Below the pieces are notes generated by a model, which had not been told where the DNA came from, made no database searches, and was given only the letters and a program-made list of their open reading frames with translations. Made by a program: the position numbers and the translations under genes. From Gemmatimonadota bacterium (lineage in GTDB: Bacteria; Gemmatimonadota; Gemmatimonadetes; Gemmatimonadales; GWC2-71-9): a stretch of 53,681 nt of DNA. Where the stretch lies: assembly GCA_039656555.1 (NCBI GenBank), contig JBDHLU010000004.1, positions 1 through 53,681 on the forward strand. The letters run 5' to 3'. This document shows positions 9,098 through 16,938 of this stretch, one piece after another (position 1 is the first letter of the stretch; every line of letters starts with the position of its first letter).

Positions 9098-9307
9098 GCC
9101 GACATTCGGTGTTTGTGAGCCGACAATGGGTGTTTGTAAACTGACAATCGGTGTTTGTAAGCTGACAATTGGTGTTTGTGAGCCAACATTGACCGTTTGA
9201 AAGATGACAAACGGCAGATGTACCATTGCAACCGCCGAATGTAACGTTACAGATGGCGTTCGTAAGCCGACAAACTGCCGTTGTAAGCTTACAAACAGCG
9301 TTTGTAA
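9098..9307. repeat. Array of ten phased 21-bp degenerate self-complementary repeats
   Basis: Units start at 9098, 9119, 9140, 9161, 9182, 9203, 9224, 9245, 9266 and 9287 with no indels; consensus about GCYGACAAWNGGYGTTTGTAA. Confidence 0.93.
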
Positions 9308-9339
9308 ATGGCCCTTTTCATGAATATCATGGTATCGAG

Positions 9340-9414
9340 TGCCCCCGGCGTGATTCGAACACGCGACCCCCGGATTAGGAATCCGATGCTCTATCCAAGC
9401 TGAGCTACGAGGGC
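9340..9414 (-). tRNA. tRNA-Arg (anticodon CCT)
   Basis: GCCCTCG acceptor stem, TAGCTCAG D-arm, TCGGA-TTCCTAA-TCCGG anticodon arm, GTTCGAATC T-loop; CCA not encoded. Confidence 0.97.
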
Positions 9415-9424
9415 AGAACGACGA

Positions 9425-9453
9425 AAACTACCGTCGTCTCGAGCGGCCTCCAA
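9425..9453 (-). promoter_or_regulatory. Putative sigma70 promoter of tRNA-Arg
   Basis: TTGGAG-N17-TAGTTT ending 10 nt before the tRNA. Confidence 0.5.
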
Positions 9454-9467
9454 CTGACGGTTCCCTT

Positions 9468-10022
9468 CTACCGTTGAGGGTACCGCAGCACGCTATGCAC
9501 CGGGACGCCATCGAGCTTTGTCTGGCCGTTGAGGTCGGAAAGCTCTATTAGGACTAACACGCCGGTAGCGATTCCACCCGATTGGGCCACGACCGCCACC
9601 GCCGCTGCCGCGGTGCCCCCAGTAGCCAGCACATCATCCACGACCAGGACCCGATCACCATCCTGAATCGCATCCTGGTGAATCTCTATGGTATCGGTTC
9701 CATACTCCAGCGCATACTCGATCGTATGGGTCTTCCAAGGGAGTTTGCCCTTTTTTCGAGCCAGAACGAGCCCCGCGTCCAAGTCATGGGCTAGCGGAGC
9801 CCCAAAGAGGAAGCCGCGGGACTCGATGACCATAACCTTGTCAGGAGGGTTGTCCTGCACCAACGAGATCATCGCATCGGTGGCCTGCCGAAACAGCTGG
9901 TGGTCGAGCAACAGCGGCGTGATGTCTTTGAATACGATTCCCGGCTCAGGGAAATCCGGCACGTCCCTGATGCCACCGTACAATGCACTCAACGTCTCGT
10001 TAGACATCGCTTGATGTGTCAT
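9468..10022 (-). CDS. apt: Adenine phosphoribosyltransferase
   Basis: PDFPEPGIVFKDITPLL, ESRGFLFG, RKKGKLP, YALEYG, VDDVLATGGT. Confidence 0.96.
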   Translation of the reverse strand: MTHQAMSNETLSALYGGIRDVPDFPEPGIVFKDITPLLLDHQLFRQATDAMISLVQDNPPDKVMVIESRGFLFGAPLAHDLDAGLVLARKKGKLPWKTHTIEYALEYGTDTIEIHQDAIQDGDRVLVVDDVLATGGTAAAAVAVVAQSGGIATGVLVLIELSDLNGQTKLDGVPVHSVLRYPQR

Positions 10023-10024
10023 AT

Positions 10025-10297
10025 CTACCTTGCTGAGAACGGTTTACGTTCATCCACTTCATGTGGATAATCAACTTTTTCCACATTATCAACTCTCGCC
10101 CATTGAGGGCCCTCAAGCGCCAGATGGTCAATTGCCTCGAGGGAGGCGGTTGTCCCCGAAGCTACGATCTCGACCCGCCCATCTGGCAGGTTCTCCACCC
10201 ATCCGTGGAGCTCGAGGCCGTCGGTGCGACGGACGATAAACCTCCTGCACCCCACGCCTTGCACGCGCCCCGAGACGACCCAGCGGAAGGCCGTCAG
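10025..10297 (-). CDS. acyP: Acylphosphatase (probable CTG start)
   Basis: VSGRVQGVGCR and GWVENLPDGRVE; in-frame TAG at 10301-10303 leaves CTG at 10297 as the only plausible start that keeps the first strand. Confidence 0.85.
   Translation of the reverse strand: MTAFRWVVSGRVQGVGCRRFIVRRTDGLELHGWVENLPDGRVEIVASGTTASLEAIDHLALEGPQWARVDNVEKVDYPHEVDERKPFSAR
10050..10094. promoter_or_regulatory. DnaA-box cluster within the 3' end of acyP
   Basis: TGTGGATAA (10062-10070, perfect), TTTTCCACA (10077-10085, consensus), TCATCCACT (10050-10058) and TTATCAACT (10086-10094), the last two with 2 mismatches each. Confidence 0.55.
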
Positions 10298-10947
10298 TCG
10301 CTAGCCTCCCCCCTCATGGACCTTCGGTGCCGCACGACATACACCGTCACAATGGTCACGAGGATGGGTGCCAGGATCAGCAGCGCCATCGTCGAATATT
10401 GGTGAACCGCCGGGTTTTCCAAGAGCGAGTCCAAATCGCCCACAAGCACGGCGTTCTTCCCGATAATCCACCCGATGGCGGTGAGAATCACGCTCCAGAT
10501 TCCTGCCCCGAGCGCCGTATAGGCTATGAACCGGTCGAGCCGCATCCGTGCTATTCCAGCGGGTACGGAAATGAGTTGGCGGACTACGGGAACCAACCTC
10601 CCTACGAAGGTCGAGATCTCCCCGTGATCTTCGAAAAACTTCTCGGCCCGAGTGAGGTGGGCTTCTTTTACCAACACGTACTTGCCAAAGCGCACCAGGA
10701 ACGGTCGACCGAGATACACCGCCACGTAGTAGTTGAACAAAGCCCCGAGGAGGCTGCCGAAAAGTCCGGAGGCGACCACCAGCCCGGCATTCATCCGGCC
10801 CTGAGCGGCCAGGTATCCGGCGGGCGGCAGTACCACCTCGCTGGGGAACGGAAAAAACGACGACTCCACGGCCATTAACAGCGTGATCCCGGGGTACCCC
10901 AGATCGAAAATGAGATCGGTGAGCCAACGGACGACCGCTTCGAACAT
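10294..10947 (-). CDS. dedA: DedA-family membrane protein
   Basis: ESSFFPFPSEVVLPPAG and GRLVPVVRQLISVPAG motifs. Confidence 0.92.
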   Translation of the reverse strand: MFEAVVRWLTDLIFDLGYPGITLLMAVESSFFPFPSEVVLPPAGYLAAQGRMNAGLVVASGLFGSLLGALFNYYVAVYLGRPFLVRFGKYVLVKEAHLTRAEKFFEDHGEISTFVGRLVPVVRQLISVPAGIARMRLDRFIAYTALGAGIWSVILTAIGWIIGKNAVLVGDLDSLLENPAVHQYSTMALLILAPILVTIVTVYVVRHRRSMRGEASD

Positions 10948-11622
10948 CTATGGGCTTTCCTCTCTGGGTTGGAAGCCGTGACGACCGATGAGCGGGACGA
11001 ATCGCACATCGCCCAGGCTCTCTTCGAGAGTTTCGGCGCCCTGCTTCCTGACCAGCACCAGTTCCTGTTCTTTGCCTCGCTGAATCGGGATGATGAGGCG
11101 CCCGTTGTTCGTGAGTTGGTTGACCAGGGGCTCGGGCACTCGTGGCCCGGCAGCCGCCACGAGAATCACGTCGTACGGTGCCTGAGGCCGCCACCCAATG
11201 GAGCCGTCTCCCACGACCACGCTCACCTCGTGCAATTCTGCGGCGCGGAGCGCTGCCTTGGCGGCGTCGGCAAGTGCGGGCACCCGCTCAACGCTCACCA
11301 CATAGGACGTCAAATACGAGAGTAACGCGGCCTGATACCCAGACCCAGTCCCGATTTCCAGGGCGCGTTCACTTCCGGTGAGTCCCAAGCTCTGTAGGAA
11401 CAACGCCTGTGTCGTGGGCTGCGAAATGGTTTGCCCAGCCCCAATGGGCAGAGCCGTATCTTCATAGGCGTGGTGACGGTTGGCTTCGGGCACGAACAAG
11501 TGCCGTGGCGTTTCGCCGAACGCCCGCAGCACCGCCATGTCGTGAATGCCGTTTTGCCTCAGCTGTTCGACTAGGCGGGCGCGATACCCGCCGTACGTAT
11601 CAGCTACTCGCCGAGTCGCCAA
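10948..11622 (-). CDS. pcm: Protein-L-isoaspartate O-methyltransferase
   Basis: PRHLFV, AYEDTALPIGAGQTISQP, LEIGTGSGYQAA, APYDVI, VRFVPL; follows surE; TTG start estimated. Confidence 0.93.
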   Translation of the reverse strand: MATRRVADTYGGYRARLVEQLRQNGIHDMAVLRAFGETPRHLFVPEANRHHAYEDTALPIGAGQTISQPTTQALFLQSLGLTGSERALEIGTGSGYQAALLSYLTSYVVSVERVPALADAAKAALRAAELHEVSVVVGDGSIGWRPQAPYDVILVAAAGPRVPEPLVNQLTNNGRLIIPIQRGKEQELVLVRKQGAETLEESLGDVRFVPLIGRHGFQPREESP

Positions 11623-12356
11623 TCGCGCACCGCTTCCAAGAGTTTGTAATTGGTGAGGTCGACGTGCAGCGGTGTGACCGAGATATACCCCTCGCGTATC
11701 GCTTGGAAATCGGAGTCTCCGGTTCCCGACCATGAAACCTGGCCGCCCCCGATCCACAGGACCTTCCGGCCCCACGGGTCTTCAGAGTCGAGAATCGACT
11801 CGGAATAAACTCGCTTCCCAAGCGTGGTAACACGAATGCCCTTGATCTCGGCCCCAGGAATGGGTGGAAGATTGACGTTGAGAAGCGTTTCCTTAGGGAA
11901 GTCTGTGACTTTCGTGACATCACGAGCGATCCGTTCCAGCCAGTCGCGTTGGCTTTCTGCGTGCTCGAGGTTGAAGCCGGCGTACGAGACCGCGACACCG
12001 GGGATGCCCAGAGACAAACCCTCCATGGCTGCGGCCACGGTTCCGGAATACAACACGTCCTCGCCCATGTTCGGCCCGTGGTTGATGCCCGAAAATACAA
12101 AACTGGGTTTGGCATCCATGAGTTTGCCCAGTGCGATCAAGACGCAATCGGTGGGCGTGCCGTCGATCTGCACCGACCCGTCCGGACGTTCCGTCGGGCG
12201 GAGCGGTCTGCTGAGTGTGAGTGAATTGGACGCCCCACTCTGTTCTCGGTCGGGGGCGACGACGGTGACATCGGCGGGGATGGAGCGGCACACTTCAGCC
12301 AGAATCTCGATGCCGCGCGCGAGGATCCCGTCGTCGTTACTGACGAGGATCTTCAA
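11604..12356 (-). CDS. surE: 5'/3'-nucleotidase SurE
   Basis: ILVSNDDG, APDREQSGAS, GTPTDCV, SGINHGPN, YSGTVAAA, ISVTPL. Confidence 0.96.
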   Translation of the reverse strand: MKILVSNDDGILARGIEILAEVCRSIPADVTVVAPDREQSGASNSLTLSRPLRPTERPDGSVQIDGTPTDCVLIALGKLMDAKPSFVFSGINHGPNMGEDVLYSGTVAAAMEGLSLGIPGVAVSYAGFNLEHAESQRDWLERIARDVTKVTDFPKETLLNVNLPPIPGAEIKGIRVTTLGKRVYSESILDSEDPWGRKVLWIGGGQVSWSGTGDSDFQAIREGYISVTPLHVDLTNYKLLEAVRDWRLGE

Positions 12357-12714
12357 GCGGGGCCTTTCCGTCGAGAACATCGAGGATGCTCCTGAGTTCG
12401 TTGCTCAGGTTCTCGATCGTTTCGAGCTGGAGCGCACGACGCGCTTCCCCGCGGAGTTCACCGGTCCGACGGTATTCTTCGATCCGCCGACGGGCACCTT
12501 CGATCGTGTACTTCTCATCATAGAGGAGATTCTTGACCAAAAGAATGAGCTCGATTTCGCGTCGCTGATACACACGATTGCCCGAGCGGTTTTTGGCAGG
12601 ATTGAGAAACCGGAATTGGCTCTCCCAGTACCGCAACACGTGCGGCTTGAGGTCGGTAAGCTGACAGACGTCGCCGATCGAGAAGAACTCCCGCACGGGC
12701 TGCGACGCGGTCAT
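12337..12714 (-). CDS. MerR-family HTH transcriptional regulator
   Basis: FSIGDVCQLTDLKPHVLRYWESQF...GNRVY...LLYDEKYTIEGAR. Confidence 0.9.
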   Translation of the reverse strand: MTASQPVREFFSIGDVCQLTDLKPHVLRYWESQFRFLNPAKNRSGNRVYQRREIELILLVKNLLYDEKYTIEGARRRIEEYRRTGELRGEARRALQLETIENLSNELRSILDVLDGKAPLEDPRQ

Positions 12715-13718
12715 TGCCAGCGCTCGGGTTTGGGTTCTCGTTCCATCAAGTCTCTCACGGCCAGGGCCGGGTCCTTCCCATCAAACAGAATCTTGGAAAC
12801 TTCGGTCGCAATGGGAAGCTCCGTTCCCTCCCTTTGGGCTAGTTCGACCGCCGCACGAGCCGTGAGGACACCTTCGGCCACCGTGTTGCGCTCGGCCATG
12901 ATTTCGTCGAGGGTGCGGCCCCTCGCAAGTTCGATCCCGAGCGTGCGGTTGCGCGAGAGCCCACCGGTGGCAGTGAGGAGAAGGTCGCCAATGCCCGCCA
13001 GGCCAGCGAAGGTCATGGGGTCCGCGCCCATCGTGACGCCGAGGCGCGTGGTTTCGGCCAACCCGCGGGTGACGAGCGCCGCGAGGGAATTGTGGCCCAA
13101 CTCGAGTCCGTGCAGGAGTCCCGCCGCGATTGCAATGACATTCTTGAGCGCCCCTCCCAGCTGCACACCGACGACGTCGGTGCTCGTGTACACGCGGAAG
13201 TAACCCGATCGGAACAACTCCTGGGCGGTGGCGGCCGCGTCGTGATCCCGACACGCGACAACAACCGCCGTTGGGTGACGTTGGTAGACCTCGCGGGCAA
13301 AACTCGGGCCTGACAGCGCCGCGATCGGCGTGTCGGGAAGCGTCTCCTCGAGGACATTCGACATCATCTTGAGGGATTCTTCCTCCAGACCCTTCGATAC
13401 CGATACCACCAATGGGCGGGGGTCGGCGTTATTGAGCGCCGAGGCAACCTGGCCCGAGATGGTGCGGACCGCGTGCGATGGGACCGCCGACACGACGACC
13501 TCCACGCCTTCGAGTGCTTCCTGCATGTCCGACGATGCTCTCAACGACGGTGCCAGCGGGCAACCAGAGAGGAAATCCTCGTTTACGTTCTGCTCGTTGA
13601 TGGAAGCGGCCACGGCGGATTCGTAGGCCCATATCGACACGTCGTGGCCTTCGCCAGCCAAGAGATTAGCGAGGGCGGTGCCCCAGCTTCCGGCCCCCAC
13701 CACCGTTACGCGCGTCAC
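12711..13718 (-). CDS. gpsA: NAD(P)H-dependent glycerol-3-phosphate dehydrogenase
   Basis: GAGSWGTALA, SKGLE, SGPSFA, GGALKNVIAIAAG, GDLLLT, SRN; GTG start at 13718. Confidence 0.96.
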   Translation of the reverse strand: MTRVTVVGAGSWGTALANLLAGEGHDVSIWAYESAVAASINEQNVNEDFLSGCPLAPSLRASSDMQEALEGVEVVVSAVPSHAVRTISGQVASALNNADPRPLVVSVSKGLEEESLKMMSNVLEETLPDTPIAALSGPSFAREVYQRHPTAVVVACRDHDAAATAQELFRSGYFRVYTSTDVVGVQLGGALKNVIAIAAGLLHGLELGHNSLAALVTRGLAETTRLGVTMGADPMTFAGLAGIGDLLLTATGGLSRNRTLGIELARGRTLDEIMAERNTVAEGVLTARAAVELAQREGTELPIATEVSKILFDGKDPALAVRDLMEREPKPERWQ

Positions 13719-14329
13719 CGCTGCCCCCCCTGCTCTGGTTCGCCACGTCCGAAGCGGGTTTCCGTTCCAGCAAGGAGCCGTCGGATGTTGGTGCGATGGG
13801 TGAACACGATGAATGCCGTTAGAAACAGGCCGACCCAGAACGTGAATCCCATCTCCGGATAGAAGATCCTTATCCAGATCGCGAAGCTGGCAGTCCCCAT
13901 CATCGAGGCCAAGGACATGTATCCCCAGAGGGCCAAGACTATCCCCCACATGGCCACGCTCGCGCCAACCGCCTTTGGTGCCAGACCCAGCAGGACCCCC
14001 GCAGACGTCGCCACGCCCTTGCCTCCCCGAAACCCGAGAAAAATAGAGAACACGTGACCCAGGATCCCAGCGAGTCCGACCGTGAGCGGCATCCAATGTT
14101 GTGGCAGCAGAGAACGAGCGGCGAGCACCGGGGCTGCACCTTTGGCCACGTCGAACAACGCGACCGGAACCGCGAATTTCCAGCCCAGGAGCCGATAGAC
14201 GTTGGTTGCTCCAAGGTTGCCGCTCCCGAACTTGCGGATGTCAACGCCGGCCACCAGCCGCGGGAGTACGTACGCCGACGGAATCGACCCGACGAGGTAG
14301 GCGCCTAACATCCATAGAACGAGGCTCAC
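13715..14329 (-). CDS. plsY: Glycerol-3-phosphate acyltransferase PlsY
   Basis: YLVGSIP, GSGNLGATN, DVAKG, GHVFS..FRGGKGVAT, HRTNIRRL. Confidence 0.96.
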   Translation of the reverse strand: MSLVLWMLGAYLVGSIPSAYVLPRLVAGVDIRKFGSGNLGATNVYRLLGWKFAVPVALFDVAKGAAPVLAARSLLPQHWMPLTVGLAGILGHVFSIFLGFRGGKGVATSAGVLLGLAPKAVGASVAMWGIVLALWGYMSLASMMGTASFAIWIRIFYPEMGFTFWVGLFLTAFIVFTHRTNIRRLLAGTETRFGRGEPEQGGQR

Positions 14330-15648
14330 GCCCTTCTCCGTTTCATGCGGAGCTTGAGGCGGATAGGCGTTCCCACAAAACCCCAACGTGTGCGGATCCC
14401 TCGTTCGAGGTATCGCCGGTACGATTCAGGGATGTCGTCGGGATGGTTCGAAATGATGGCGATCGTCGGGGGGCGGACGCCGATCTGTGTGGTGTAGTGA
14501 AGCTTCACTTCACGTCCACCGACCTGTGGCGGCTGGTGGGCGTCAACCAGTTTCGACACCCCCTGGTTGAGTTCGGCCGTACTCACCCTGTGCTCTCGAG
14601 CTGCTGCGGCTGCAAGTATGGCGTCGGGGAGCTCGCGCACCCGTTGTCCTGTGGTGGCCGAAATGTAGATGAAAGGAACGTATCCCAAGAACGGCACACG
14701 TTCTTTGATGGACGTTTCACCACGCTGCGCCGTCATCGTTTCTTTGTCTTCCACAGCGTCCCACTTGTTCACCGCCAAGATCAAGGCTGATCCGAGGTCC
14801 CAGGCTTCCTGGGCTATCCTCAGATCCTGGGTGTGGATCCCGTCGACCGCGTCAACTACCAAGACACTGACATCAGCCCTTTGCAGGGCCTTCTTGGACC
14901 GCAGAGTCGAGTAGAATTCGATCTCATCCTCTACTTTCGATCGTTTCCGTAACCCCGCAGTATCAATGAAGTTGAGAGTTTTGCCGTGGTACCGCAAGGG
15001 GGTGTCGATGGCATCCCTGGTGGTGCCCGGTATCGGTGATACCACAAGGCGTTCCTGACCTAGCAGCCGGTTGACCAAGCTCGATTTTCCAACGTTGGGC
15101 CGGCCCACTACCGCCACGTTGATGACATCTGCCTGGTCGTCGTCCGTAGTTTCGGGAAGGAGCGCGACGATGCAGTCGAGCAGGTCTCCCGACCCCTTCC
15201 CCGTCGATGCCGAAACGGGCTGCGGGTCGCCAAGTCCCAACTCGTGAAAGGCGTGGTGTGAAATGTCTCCCGCCAGTTCGTCGGCTTTGTTCGCGGCAAC
15301 GACCACCCGGTCGCGACATTTGCGCACCAGCACAGCCACCTCTTGATCGGCGGGATGCACCCCCTCTTGGGTGTCGACTACGAAGACAATCACGTCGGCT
15401 TCGGCGATAGCGATTTCGATCTGAGTGCGTATGGCTGCAGTCACCGGATCGTTGCGATCCACGATCCACCCGCCCGTATCGACTAGCCAGAAGCTCTTTC
15501 CGTTCCAGGATGCCTCCGCGAAGTTGCGATCCCGGGTCACACCGGGCCGGTCGTCGACGATAGCCCTCCGGCCACCCACGATTCGATTGAACAGGGTGGA
15601 TTTCCCAACATTGGGGCGGCCGATGATAGCGACCGTACCTCGCTTCAC
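14326..15648 (-). CDS. der: Ribosome biogenesis GTPase Der (EngA)
   Basis: Two G domains (GRPNVGKS twice, DTGG/DTAG, NKAD/NKWD) plus a KH-like C-terminus. Confidence 0.97.
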   Translation of the reverse strand: MKRGTVAIIGRPNVGKSTLFNRIVGGRRAIVDDRPGVTRDRNFAEASWNGKSFWLVDTGGWIVDRNDPVTAAIRTQIEIAIAEADVIVFVVDTQEGVHPADQEVAVLVRKCRDRVVVAANKADELAGDISHHAFHELGLGDPQPVSASTGKGSGDLLDCIVALLPETTDDDQADVINVAVVGRPNVGKSSLVNRLLGQERLVVSPIPGTTRDAIDTPLRYHGKTLNFIDTAGLRKRSKVEDEIEFYSTLRSKKALQRADVSVLVVDAVDGIHTQDLRIAQEAWDLGSALILAVNKWDAVEDKETMTAQRGETSIKERVPFLGYVPFIYISATTGQRVRELPDAILAAAAAREHRVSTAELNQGVSKLVDAHQPPQVGGREVKLHYTTQIGVRPPTIAIISNHPDDIPESYRRYLERGIRTRWGFVGTPIRLKLRMKRRRA

Positions 15649-16922
15649 GAATCCAGTCCTTTGGTGAGGACGTCGGTGAAGTGGTACGAGAGCAAGAGGG
15701 GCATGGGCACCGAACGCTGCAACTCATCGAACGAGAGATCGTCCAAGAACAGTCCCTCATCGTTCACAGACTCGGCCGGAAGGAGCGCCCCGTCCCACTC
15801 CGGATGCTCGAGCAACGCGCTATGGAAAGTCTTGCCCGGCAGAAGGCCCGCACTGGTCACGGAAGGGCCGAAGAGACCGTTCTCGAGGGCGACGAGATCG
15901 AATTCCCCGCCCGTTGCTTTGCGCAGTGGCTCCATGACGAAGGGAAGCAGGCGTCCCATGGCCGTACCGGTCAAAACGCCGTATCGCCGTCCCTCGATTT
16001 GCGACAAGTTTCCAATTGATTCCTGGATCTGCTGTTGGAGGAACCGCACGCTGCCCACCCCGTTTTCTGCCTGCTCGAACCCGTCGTAGCGCTCGGCATC
16101 GGGGAGCGGCCGTCCGGCGCCGAGGTAGAGGTCATCCGATCCATACGCCCAATAGACGCCGCGTTCACTTTTCGCACGAGCAGCATATTCCTCAACCAGG
16201 GTTATGGCCGACTCACACGATGCCGTATCCGGTTCATCCACGAGGTGGTGCTTCGAGAACTCGGTGAGCCCCACTGGGACTACCGACACCGAGATAACGG
16301 CTTCGCCGAGTTCGTAGAGATCGGACAGGCTCCGGGCCAGCACCTCACCGTCGTTCAGTCCCGGCTGGAGGACGATCTGTGTGTGGAATTGGATCCCTCC
16401 TGCCGCGAACGCTCGTAGTTGCTCGCAGATGTCTGGGGCGCGGGGATGCCGCAGAAGACGGCGTCGCACAATGGGGTCGGTGGCGTGGACCGACACGTAG
16501 AGCGGCGACAGCCGGTATTCCAAGATTCGCTCGACGTCCTTCGGCTTCAGATTCGTGAGTGTGGCGAAGTTTCCGTAGCGGAAGGACAAGCGATAGTCGT
16601 CGTCACGCACATACAAGGTCTCGCGGAGCCCTGGTGGCAGCCCATCGACAAAACAGAAATCACAACGGTTGGCGCACCGGCGAATCCGCGGCGGCTCCAG
16701 GACGACACCCATTGGTGTTCCCTCGGGTCGTTCGACGTCATACTCGATGGTCTCGCCGGTCGGGGATTCCGCCAGGAAGACGAAATGTTCGGCGGCAGTA
16801 AGGAACTCCCAGTCCAGGAAGTCAGTGAGCGCGTGCCCATCGACAGACGCGAGGGCGTACCCGGGCTCCAGACCGAGTTCCGCCCCGAGCGAATCGGGAT
16901 GGACATGTTGAATGCGTAGCAT
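15645..16922 (-). CDS. PDZ/DUF512 putative Fe-S (radical-SAM-like) protein
   Basis: CANRCDFC motif, RETLYVRDDDYRLSF, LSPLYVSVHAT, ENGVG; ATG at 16922. Confidence 0.88.
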   Translation of the reverse strand: MLRIQHVHPDSLGAELGLEPGYALASVDGHALTDFLDWEFLTAAEHFVFLAESPTGETIEYDVERPEGTPMGVVLEPPRIRRCANRCDFCFVDGLPPGLRETLYVRDDDYRLSFRYGNFATLTNLKPKDVERILEYRLSPLYVSVHATDPIVRRRLLRHPRAPDICEQLRAFAAGGIQFHTQIVLQPGLNDGEVLARSLSDLYELGEAVISVSVVPVGLTEFSKHHLVDEPDTASCESAITLVEEYAARAKSERGVYWAYGSDDLYLGAGRPLPDAERYDGFEQAENGVGSVRFLQQQIQESIGNLSQIEGRRYGVLTGTAMGRLLPFVMEPLRKATGGEFDLVALENGLFGPSVTSAGLLPGKTFHSALLEHPEWDGALLPAESVNDEGLFLDDLSFDELQRSVPMPLLLSYHFTDVLTKGLDS

Positions 16923-16938
16923 GGGGGGGGAAGATAGT

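Noticed and set aside
8981-9231. Short minus-strand ORFs (81 aa and 77 aa) over the array and HTH gene
   Set aside because: They start mid-array without a Shine-Dalgarno and overlap the better supported HTH gene antisense; kept only as a hypothesis in the array finding.
9098-9307. Array as a CRISPR or mini-CRISPR
   Set aside because: Units are contiguous 21-mers with no 25-45 bp unique spacers, and there are no cas genes in the window.
5300-9340. attL/attR duplication of the tRNA-Arg 3' end, or an integrase bounding the islet
   Set aside because: No second copy of the tRNA 3' sequence was seen by eye and there is no integrase gene, so mobility is inferred from position only.
10020-10100. 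oriC at the acyP DnaA-box cluster
   Set aside because: It lies within a gene, no dnaA/dnaN or clear unwinding element is nearby, and gene orientation plus dif indicate the terminus; not fully excluded without genome-wide skew.
11824-13203. 459-aa + strand ORF and many similar long alternative-frame ORFs
   Set aside because: Shadow ORFs antisense to surE/merR/gpsA and other clear genes, typical of high-GC DNA, with no recognisable motifs.
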